The notes under the pieces: model-generated
Database searches by the model: none
What the model was told of the DNA's origin: nothing
Seen by the model: only the letters and a program-made list of their open reading frames with translations
DNA from: a virus
Virus record (IMG/VR): IMGVR_UViG_3300013102_000002
Span: 32,001 to 96,000 of that record
Reading direction: 5' to 3' (one strand)
Length of the DNA: 64,000 nt
Translations under genes and position numbers: made by a program
Shown: positions 38,575 to 46,738 of the stretch, piece by piece
How positions within the stretch are numbered: the stretch's first letter is position 1
How the letters are laid out: every line of letters starts with the position of its first letter

Positions 38575-39915
38575 ATGTCAATCCAAACTCAATCATCTAT
38601 CCAGCTCTTCACATCCAACCTTATCGGCCTTAAAGTATTTGGTAACTGGGGAATTAGCGGTTTTGATTATGGCGTTGTTATCAATGAATATTCTGACTCT
38701 TACGGCAAAGATATTGTTATTGAATGGGAAAACGGTAATACAAAACAGATTGATGTAAAGGAAGTTACTGTAATTGAACAGCGCACAGACATTCACAATG
38801 TAGGTTATTACATTGACGTTACAGGCGAACACTTAAGCAATGAAGCTTCCGTTACTGAATCCACCATCACAGAACCAACTCAAATCCCAGTCCAATCCAT
38901 CACTTTCAAATGGTCCGAAGCTTCTCATATCATCGCCGATAACACTACAGTTTCCACCTTCACAGAAGCAAATTCCCTTATCCATTCCGTAGCCTATGAC
39001 ATGTATCATAACAATGAATCAGCCTACACTAAAACATCTTTCACTATCACCTGGGCAGATGGTCACACGCATGAAGGCCGTATAGATATCACTCCTTCAC
39101 TTATGAATAAATATAATCCAATTGGTGAACATGTTAAAAATTTCTATGAATCCATAGCAGGACTTCGCAAGCCTTCCCATTGGTCAGAAGAACAATATAA
39201 AGGTTATCTCTTGTCTGTTTATAAAATGGATGAGATTAAAACAGAAGAGGTTAAAACTATGCTTAATACTTATCTGTTTGAAGATACAGCCTCACATACT
39301 CCTGATACAGATCCTGAACCAGTCACAGAAACAGAAGTACAATCAAATACAGACATCAATTCTAACAGCGTTACAACCGTTTCTGAGCAGCTATACAGCA
39401 ATACATTTAACACGTACTCAGATGCTTACAATCACGCTATAAAGCATGATATTCCCTTATCTATGATTCTATCCAGTAATTCCAATCTAACCAATGATCA
39501 ACTAATTGACCTTGAATCATCCTACACAACTAATAAGCGCAACATGTCATTACAAGACGCTACAGTCTATCTTAATCACCTTGTTACTATTCCTTATTCC
39601 TCTGATTCAGAAGAGCGTATAAACGCTTTAAACAGGATTATAGAGCGTCACAGCAACAAACAAACAGCAGAGGACAAAAGAGAAGCCGAAACAGTAGAAT
39701 TAATTCATAAATTTGAGTCATTACAAAATAAACTTTACTCACTCGGTGTAACCAAAAAGAATCTCGGTGAATGCGGTTCATATTACACTAAATACTTTTA
39801 TAATGGCGAATGCATTTATACTTATTTCAGCGGTGAACATGTTTCAAAACTATATAATGACTTATTAACCGTTTATAATAAGTATTTTAAAAGTGAATCA
39901 TCTTATTCGGCCTAA
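38575..39915 (+). CDS. Multidomain protein with LPD25-like domain
   Basis: ITFKWSE...AYTKTSFTITWADGHTHEGRIDI resembles large-polyvalent-protein domain 25; AAGGAG RBS. Confidence 0.6.
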   Translation: MSIQTQSSIQLFTSNLIGLKVFGNWGISGFDYGVVINEYSDSYGKDIVIEWENGNTKQIDVKEVTVIEQRTDIHNVGYYIDVTGEHLSNEASVTESTITEPTQIPVQSITFKWSEASHIIADNTTVSTFTEANSLIHSVAYDMYHNNESAYTKTSFTITWADGHTHEGRIDITPSLMNKYNPIGEHVKNFYESIAGLRKPSHWSEEQYKGYLLSVYKMDEIKTEEVKTMLNTYLFEDTASHTPDTDPEPVTETEVQSNTDINSNSVTTVSEQLYSNTFNTYSDAYNHAIKHDIPLSMILSSNSNLTNDQLIDLESSYTTNKRNMSLQDATVYLNHLVTIPYSSDSEERINALNRIIERHSNKQTAEDKREAETVELIHKFESLQNKLYSLGVTKKNLGECGSYYTKYFYNGECIYTYFSGEHVSKLYNDLLTVYNKYFKSESSYSA

Positions 39916-40035
39916 GATTTAATGAATAAAAATAATAAAACCCATTGCAAGTTTATTTGGTCTGTGCTAATATGTATATATAAAGGTAATACATATTAAC
40001 AGCGCAAACCAAATAAACTTTCGGAGGTTTTCACC

Positions 40036-40530
40036 ATGAAAAAATATTTCCAATCCTGCAAAACGAAACAAGAGGCCAAAAAGTTGTTCCGTGAACTGGC
40101 TAAAATTAATCATCCAGATCAAGGCGGTTCTACTGCTGAAATGGTCGCTATCATTGCAGAGTACGAAATTGTCATGAAAAAACTTCCATCACAGAAAGAA
40201 GACAATTCCAGCACTGAAAATCAAACAGAAGAAGAATTCAACTTTCATGTTTCAGAAGAACTTAAAACAGTTATCAATAACATTTCACATCTGCCTTTAG
40301 ATATTGAAGTTATCGGTACGTGGATCTGGGTTTCTGGTGTTAATACATATAAATATAAATCTTATCTCACTGCTAACAACTTCGTATGGTGTCCTTCAAA
40401 GAAAATGTATTCTTGGCACATGGAAAAGGCCAAAAAGGGATATCACGGCAAGCCGCAAGAAATTGAAAAAATTCGTTTCACTTATGGCAGCACTAAAGTA
40501 AATAACACTAAACAGTATGCAATCAGATAA
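40036..40530 (+). CDS. J-domain (DnaJ-like) protein
   Basis: AKKLFRELAKINHPDQGGS with intact HPD; C-terminal IEVIGTWIWVSG domain. Confidence 0.85.
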   Translation: MKKYFQSCKTKQEAKKLFRELAKINHPDQGGSTAEMVAIIAEYEIVMKKLPSQKEDNSSTENQTEEEFNFHVSEELKTVINNISHLPLDIEVIGTWIWVSGVNTYKYKSYLTANNFVWCPSKKMYSWHMEKAKKGYHGKPQEIEKIRFTYGSTKVNNTKQYAIR

Positions 40531-40665
40531 TAAGTAAAAATTATTAACGCTTGAATCGATGAATGGTTTAGGCGTTAATAAATAAATATATTGCAATACA
40601 CAACCAACAATGTTACAATGAACTTACCAAATTAAATACATATTCCTAAAGGGAGACGATCTATA

Positions 40666-40845
40666 ATGTCTTATAATCAATTAGTAAAAAAATATGGATT
40701 AACAAAAACAAATGATGCTCGTGATCAATGGTATTCTAATTATGGTCTCAGGGTTCGCGGGACACTTGCGACACTTGACATTAAGGGTTGTGCTGGAAAG
40801 GTGAATAAATGTCTTGAACTGATTATAAAAGGAGAGTTGGTTTAA
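40666..40845 (+). CDS. Small hypothetical protein
   Basis: 59 codons, GGGAG RBS, directly after a conserved promoter. Confidence 0.55.
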   Translation: MSYNQLVKKYGLTKTNDARDQWYSNYGLRVRGTLATLDIKGCAGKVNKCLELIIKGELV

Positions 40846-40846
40846 A

Positions 40847-41077
40847 GTGAAACCTAAAAAAGATATGAAGGAAGTTTTCAGAGAATATCGGGTTCATGCC
40901 GACAGCATTGAAGAGTTCTTAAATAAATATACAAAACCTCGTTCGCATGGAGAGCGCGGAGAAGAATATGTACAGGATAGAATTCAATTTCATAAAGAAC
41001 GCTTAAGCAATTATGGATATACCTTCATTACCAGACATGACAGTATAACAGGTGATAATGTTTCATATTATGGATAA
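40847..41077 (+). CDS. Hypothetical protein
   Basis: 76 aa, AAGGAG RBS. Confidence 0.7.
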   Translation: MKPKKDMKEVFREYRVHADSIEEFLNKYTKPRSHGERGEEYVQDRIQFHKERLSNYGYTFITRHDSITGDNVSYYG

Positions 41078-41188
41078 ATATAAATATTGCAAATTTCCAA
41101 GGAGAATCCTATTCTCCTTTTTATCATATATCCTCACACCGACTCAATAACACCAATAACAACAAACAATCAAAAGGAGGACATTCAT

Positions 41189-42319
41189 ATAGACACATCT
41201 AAACTTAAAAAAGGTCAAACGTTTAAGAATTATAAAGAATTATGTTCCCATCTCAATGAACCCGTTAAGGCTGGCAACTCTAAGAAGGTTCAACTTGAAA
41301 ACTGGGAAGTGTATTTTTTATCATCAAAATCAGGCCATAAAATTGTCATTGAACAAATATATAAAAAGCCAAAAGGGAAAATGAGTCGTTACGGATTAAT
41401 CAATGAGATAGAAGAATTGGTTTTAGATTTACTTGTGCAGGATGATAACAAGGGAGAAGTATTCTTATCTAAAATTAGGCTGTTTAGATCTTTAAATATG
41501 ATCAATGATAATTATAACTATGGCAGATATCATATTCCTAAACTAAGTTTATTCACTGAGATAAGCGAAAAAGAAATACATGAGTTTTATGATCTATCTA
41601 AAGAATCACTAGCCAGAAGCGTTGAAAATGCCCTGACACGACTCAGAAAGAAATCTCTTGTATATTGGTCAGCAGCTATGACTATTTGTATCTTAAACAC
41701 AAATATAGAGTCTAACCAGAGTGGAGATGCTAAAGCCTCCAGGAGCGTTCAGGGGCTTGATGAGTACGGTTCGGAGGTATATGATTATGATATCAATTAC
41801 AACATAAGACACGTTCACAGAGAGGCCACAAAAGAGGAGATTCAAGCTGTTTTATCAGCCGAAAGAAAGATAATGGACGAATTAAAATGCAACGACAAAT
41901 CAGAGGTAATAAGACGCAACCTATGGAATGACTTCTCAAACAAAGTTAAAAATTTAATATTCGATTCTCATAATATTCTTTATTATTACGACTCATATAA
42001 AATAACATGCAATGAAGATTTTATATATACTGTTTGGTCGGATCTGAACGAATTATCATTAACCAATATTACCAGAAACAAAAAATACATAAACTTGAAC
42101 AATAGTATAAAACACAAATTATTAGAAAATGCAGAGAAGAGACAAGCAAAAGCGCTTGAACATAATCTAGATGATTCAGATAATATAAGGTTAAACGATG
42201 CTTATCTAAGCAATAGTCAAAAGTTGATAGATAATTTGGTTGATATGGGAGCTAAAAATATTAAGCCCGATATTAAAAAGATCAATATCCATAAGGGTTT
42301 TGTGGATAAAAATAAGTAA
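41189..42319 (+). CDS. Hypothetical DNA-binding protein ('KNYK' family copy 2), probable ATA start
   Basis: AAGGAGG lies 8 nt before ATA 41189; this start aligns with the Met of the paralog at 34252. Confidence 0.7.
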   Translation: MDTSKLKKGQTFKNYKELCSHLNEPVKAGNSKKVQLENWEVYFLSSKSGHKIVIEQIYKKPKGKMSRYGLINEIEELVLDLLVQDDNKGEVFLSKIRLFRSLNMINDNYNYGRYHIPKLSLFTEISEKEIHEFYDLSKESLARSVENALTRLRKKSLVYWSAAMTICILNTNIESNQSGDAKASRSVQGLDEYGSEVYDYDINYNIRHVHREATKEEIQAVLSAERKIMDELKCNDKSEVIRRNLWNDFSNKVKNLIFDSHNILYYYDSYKITCNEDFIYTVWSDLNELSLTNITRNKKYINLNNSIKHKLLENAEKRQAKALEHNLDDSDNIRLNDAYLSNSQKLIDNLVDMGAKNIKPDIKKINIHKGFVDKNK

Positions 42320-42751
42320 AAATTTGAACGGAACAGCCTAATAATAATATATATAGTATTACTCCGTTTGGTTCAAATTTTTTATCGAAAAGTAAGTAAA
42401 AAGCTATATAGAATAAGGGTTTTTAATGAAAAGTTTAAAATTATTACTTCAAAGAACAAGATCAAAGGCTCCAGTGTAAAACTCGCAAAGGGCGCGAGTA
42501 GTACACTGAACGTCAGAACGCAAAAGGCGCGTTCATCCGTGAAGTTTTAACATCTTGACCGTCATTTCCATTATGACGGTTATTTCTCATTCTCATTCAT
42601 TAACTCATTTTAAAGAATAAATATATGTAGACAAATAACAAATAGCGATGATATAATAAGTCATACCCAATAAGCAATACATATTATCCACCATTCAAAG
42701 TTTCAAGCCAACAGGCCGAATAAATCGGATGAGGTGAAAGGAGTCCTTCAC

Positions 42752-43324
42752 ATGACAACTCAAACACTTTCCCAATCATCCGCAATCACTGCTGAAGCCA
42801 ATCAATATCCATCGCTTTCCAATTTCTCTTTGCTCTCGACTTCCAACAAAGTTGACGTTTTGTCTGATGTTCTTGCTACAATTATCAGAGATGAATTCTT
42901 TGCTGATTATTACTCTGAACTTTCTTCAAATGAAAAGTCACTTGTTCAAATGTCTTTAATTGCCGAACTGTCCTTACACGGTATCAAGGTTGATGCTGAA
43001 CTGATTACAATGTGTGAAGCATGTTCTTCTGTCCTTGCTACACTTGTTATCAAATATGTTCAATCCATCTCCACAGCCGAACAAATAAACTCCGAACTTC
43101 AGATCATTAAACTGTCTGGTCAGAAATTCGCTATCAACAAAACCAGCTACGCTATGCCCAAAGGTTTCGCCTTACATCATCCTATCTTCGGCTTCCTGGG
43201 CTTCTCTGATGGCATCTCACCTTATCAACCAATTGGAGGTAAAAAAGCCCTACAATGGATTCTAGACGATGGTGGGTTTGTATCATTTGAGGGTATGAGA
43301 TGGTGGAAACCTATGCAAGTTTAA
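42752..43324 (+). CDS. Hypothetical protein
   Basis: ATG after AAGGAG; own promoter box. Confidence 0.7.
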   Translation: MTTQTLSQSSAITAEANQYPSLSNFSLLSTSNKVDVLSDVLATIIRDEFFADYYSELSSNEKSLVQMSLIAELSLHGIKVDAELITMCEACSSVLATLVIKYVQSISTAEQINSELQIIKLSGQKFAINKTSYAMPKGFALHHPIFGFLGFSDGISPYQPIGGKKALQWILDDGGFVSFEGMRWWKPMQV

Positions 43325-43425
43325 TAAATAAATATATTGAAATACATTATCCTGTGTGGTAAAATGGTCTTAGATAGTTAATCAACCTTAACTCTATTCC
43401 ACTTACCACACTGGAGGTCATTGCA

Positions 43426-43866
43426 ATGTCAACATCAACTCAGATCACCTCAACAGAACTTGAATACATCCTTAAGGACTTCCTTACTACTAACTCCATT
43501 CATGACATTTATCTCAAGGATACATATAATTGTGAACTTGCCTCATTTCTCTATGATGATTTCATGTCTGAGATTGAAGTAAATATATCTAATATCATCA
43601 CATACGCTCAAAATCATTCCCTTGATCCTGTTCATGCAGCTAAGGCCATTCTGTGCCATGAATTAGGCCATTACATCGACTTCACAGCCTATAACGGCAT
43701 CCAGCGTTCAAACAGCGTAGAACGCGCTACAGGAGACCGTAAAACACGTTTACAACGTAACCTGGAATTGTCGGCCTATAGACACGGCAAACAATTTGTT
43801 ACTGCTGACTTTGCTCATGCTTATGAAGTAGTAAACAAAATCAATCTGCAATGTTATGCAGTGTAA
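43426..43866 (+). CDS. HExxH zinc metallopeptidase-like protein (ImmA/IrrE-like)
   Basis: ILCHELGHY with a downstream Glu (LELSAY). Confidence 0.6.
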   Translation: MSTSTQITSTELEYILKDFLTTNSIHDIYLKDTYNCELASFLYDDFMSEIEVNISNIITYAQNHSLDPVHAAKAILCHELGHYIDFTAYNGIQRSNSVERATGDRKTRLQRNLELSAYRHGKQFVTADFAHAYEVVNKINLQCYAV

Positions 43867-43896
43867 ATAAATAAAAATATAAAGGTGGTTACCATA

Positions 43897-44244
43897 ATGA
43901 AATCAATCCTATTCGCTCTGTTCATTTCTCTTTCCCTATCTCAATTCCCACTATCCCCAATCAACTCGGCTCAGATCCTATCCGTTCCAGTCTCACACGC
44001 TCAATCACAGCAATACATATTTGAAGACTTCCGCATTGTCGATGTAACACCAATGGGTGAAATTTACGGCGAACTAATCACAGGCACAGGTGAAGGGATC
44101 TTTCTTCTCCAATCTCAATTATCAACTATTCCAGACGCACCGACTAAATTAATTGTTGGTGATGAAATAGAGATTGCTTGGACTGTTCAAGATTATCAAG
44201 ATGAGAACTGGGAGAATATACATTCGATTGAGTTTCTAAATTAA
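43897..44244 (+). CDS. Secreted hypothetical protein
   Basis: Signal-peptide-like MKSILFALFISLSL; followed by a terminator. Confidence 0.65.
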   Translation: MKSILFALFISLSLSQFPLSPINSAQILSVPVSHAQSQQYIFEDFRIVDVTPMGEIYGELITGTGEGIFLLQSQLSTIPDAPTKLIVGDEIEIAWTVQDYQDENWENIHSIEFLN

Positions 44245-44366
44245 GAATCCTTAACAGGGTTCTTTTTCTCATTTAATGAGTAAATATATATTGACAAATA
44301 CTATATATTCGTGGTAAAATTAATTATAACTTAAATTAACCACCTTCACTTAAGGAGCGGATACAT

Positions 44367-44804
44367 ATGACAGAAATCAAAAAGGTAATAACTAAAAATG
44401 GCAAGGTTCAATATTATGAATTTAGCCGTTTTCAGTTTCGTTCGTTCCGTATCTCAGCAGCAGATGCTGAATTAAAGTTAGCGACAGGTGAAAGTTGCTT
44501 AGTTGATAAGTTCTTGCATGAATCCGTATCTGCCGAACTTTTTCCAGAAGAAAATAAAAATGTTGAGTGTGTAGAAGTTGGCAAAGCTATTGAAGAAGTA
44601 AAACAAGATAATGTTGTTTCTTTTACCGATAAGTTTAAGGCAAAGCAAGAAAAAACTGACTTAGAAAAAGCTAAATCGCATTTTATTAATAACATTTTAC
44701 CCAACATGAGCTTGCAAGAAAAAGAGACTGTCCTGAACAATCCCGATATGATCAGAGAAGTTTTACTCAATGTAATGTTGAGAACTACAGTAGAAAAGAT
44801 GTAG
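44367..44804 (+). CDS. Hypothetical protein
   Basis: 145 aa, AAGGAG RBS, own promoter. Confidence 0.75.
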   Translation: MTEIKKVITKNGKVQYYEFSRFQFRSFRISAADAELKLATGESCLVDKFLHESVSAELFPEENKNVECVEVGKAIEEVKQDNVVSFTDKFKAKQEKTDLEKAKSHFINNILPNMSLQEKETVLNNPDMIREVLLNVMLRTTVEKM

Positions 44805-44812
44805 TAAATTAA

Positions 44813-45130
44813 TACATTGCAGCAGTTTACAACCAATTACAGCCGATCCCATTAACTCAACAGGAAGCATTATCAGTCATTCCAGCACTCACCAAACAAT
44901 CAGCCTTCACATACTCCTCACACGCTCTAGAACGCCTTAACCAGCCTGATAGATGCTTTACTGTTGAGCGTATGCTATTTATACTCAAGTTTCCTAAAGC
45001 AGTATCAGAGCCAGTATACAATGATAAATATAATGAGTATCGTCATTGTGTTCGAGGGTATAATAACAGACATGTTGTAGTCTCTTTAAGCGCTGCCAAT
45101 ACAGCAATGGTCATTATCACCGTCTATTGA
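44813..45130 (+). pseudogene. DUF4258-like open frame without a canonical start
   Basis: Stop-free frame ...FTYSSHALERLN...HVVVSL...MVIITVY*; no ATG/GTG/TTG upstream of HALER. Confidence 0.5.
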
Positions 45131-45219
45131 TTGTCTGTGATTCTCTGGCCTTTCCTGGAGCCTCAGAGCGCGTTATAATTGAATCTAATACATAGTTACC
45201 AATACAAATTTACATAGGA

Positions 45220-45459
45220 GTGTTACCCATGACTAATAATCAGTACATAACCGATATCATTCAAAATGCATTCAAAAACAATAACAAAATGGATCAATTT
45301 AAGCACTTTTATAATTTATCTCATGAGGATCTGACCGGAGTTGCTGAAGCTTATAAACATGGAGCAATGACGGAAGAGGAAATGCAGGAACAAATTAAAG
45401 TGTTTATGAATGAGTATACCTATAATTTGATTGAGTTGATGAGTAGCGAAGGGGAGTAA
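45220..45459 (+). CDS. Hypothetical protein
   Basis: 79 aa, AGGAG RBS. Confidence 0.65.
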   Translation: MLPMTNNQYITDIIQNAFKNNNKMDQFKHFYNLSHEDLTGVAEAYKHGAMTEEEMQEQIKVFMNEYTYNLIELMSSEGE

Positions 45460-45576
45460 AGTACGTAATGTACGTAAACTGAGTGAATTTAAAGAATAAA
45501 TATATTGCAATAACCTTTTATGTGTTGTATAATAAAAACAAGAAGAAGATAATACATATAAGGGAGACGATGTAAA

Positions 45577-45786
45577 ATGATGTTAGTTAGAAACTCTAAA
45601 GGAACGCCAATCGGTAAAGTTAGTGCAAACGAGGATCAAGCGGGAACAACTTGGACAGCGACAGCGATTCTCTGGGGAGACGATGCCAGCAAACATCTGG
45701 GCATTTTCTCAACAATTGATGAAGCTATTAAAGAAGTAAAGAAAAACGGACGTAAAAAGCTTCAGGCATATTATGCGGCAATGTAA
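45577..45786 (+). CDS. Hypothetical protein
   Basis: 69 aa after a conserved promoter, GGGAG RBS. Confidence 0.7.
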   Translation: MMLVRNSKGTPIGKVSANEDQAGTTWTATAILWGDDASKHLGIFSTIDEAIKEVKKNGRKKLQAYYAAM

Positions 45787-45861
45787 ATAAATAAAAATAG
45801 TAAGACTACATTTTCTTGTAAGAGCGGAGATGCGGTCTTACTTGTGAGAGGATACTCATAA

Positions 45862-46206
45862 ATGAAAATAGAAATTACTAACGATAGTTCGACTCTGGGG
45901 AAGCAATACATATCTGAGCTTGGATCATTTAAAGAAAAAGGTAAAACAAAGGAAGAAGCCAAAACAAATTTACAGAACGCTCTTAAATGGTACTTTGACT
46001 TTACCGGAGACGATAATATAATTAAGCAGATCCCAACAGCAAAAAGAACTTTAATTCTACAGCGTTCATTTACTGGATATATGCTTGTAATCAGTTATCA
46101 AGACGACACAGAAGGTCTTAATACTAGTATCAGTCTTTTGGGGAGAATAAATCATTCTCAGGCGTTAAACGTCTTAGAAACATATATACATATGTACAGT
46201 AATTAA
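45862..46206 (+). CDS. Protein with HicB-like N-terminal motif
   Basis: KGKTKEEAKTNLQNALKWY resembles HicB G.T.EEA..N...AL. Confidence 0.45.
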   Translation: MKIEITNDSSTLGKQYISELGSFKEKGKTKEEAKTNLQNALKWYFDFTGDDNIIKQIPTAKRTLILQRSFTGYMLVISYQDDTEGLNTSISLLGRINHSQALNVLETYIHMYSN

Positions 46207-46209
46207 ACA

Positions 46210-46231
46210 TCATGAAATACTTGTTTTATCA
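46210..46231. repeat. 22-bp palindromic boundary site
   Basis: TCATGAAA-TACTTG-TTTTATCA, 3 bp after a stop codon. Confidence 0.75.
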
Positions 46232-46403
46232 AGTTATTTATGTATATGTATTCATGATTGGATGTATAAATGAGCATATTAGATGAATAATATACATAAT
46301 ACTGTATAAATATAATATAGTTGATTTATAAGAATAAAAATATATACAATAATCAATATTAGGTGTATTATTTATATATTAAGCAATGAGAGGCGGAATT
46401 ATT

Positions 46404-46625
46404 ATGGCATCTTCTAAATTTAATGGAATGTATGAATACATGGGTTTTGCTATTACTAATGACGGTGATGCTCATGAATGGAACATAGAGCCTATAGAAT
46501 GGGATCTGAGAGCCGTTGAACGGTTTAAGGGAGAAGCACCTATTCCAATAATTAAAACACTAGCAGCGGCTAAAAAATGGATTAGGGCTAATAGTGAACA
46601 ATATAGAGAAGCAGACTTTTTATAG
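46404..46625 (+). CDS. Hypothetical protein
   Basis: ATG after GAGGCGG; followed by a GAGGCC-GAAA-GGCTTC-T6 terminator. Confidence 0.7.
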   Translation: MASSKFNGMYEYMGFAITNDGDAHEWNIEPIEWDLRAVERFKGEAPIPIIKTLAAAKKWIRANSEQYREADFL

Positions 46626-46738
46626 AGGCCGAAAGGCTTCTTTTTTGTTTAATGAATAAATATATTGACAATACACAAATAAAGGTTTAATATATAGATA
46701 AGAAGTTAATACATATTAATTACATGGAGGTTTTACAA

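Noticed and set aside
44915-45175. Long hairpin ncRNA or ssDNA promoter
   Set aside because: Pairing is patchy; the region is better explained by a cryptic DUF4258-like reading frame
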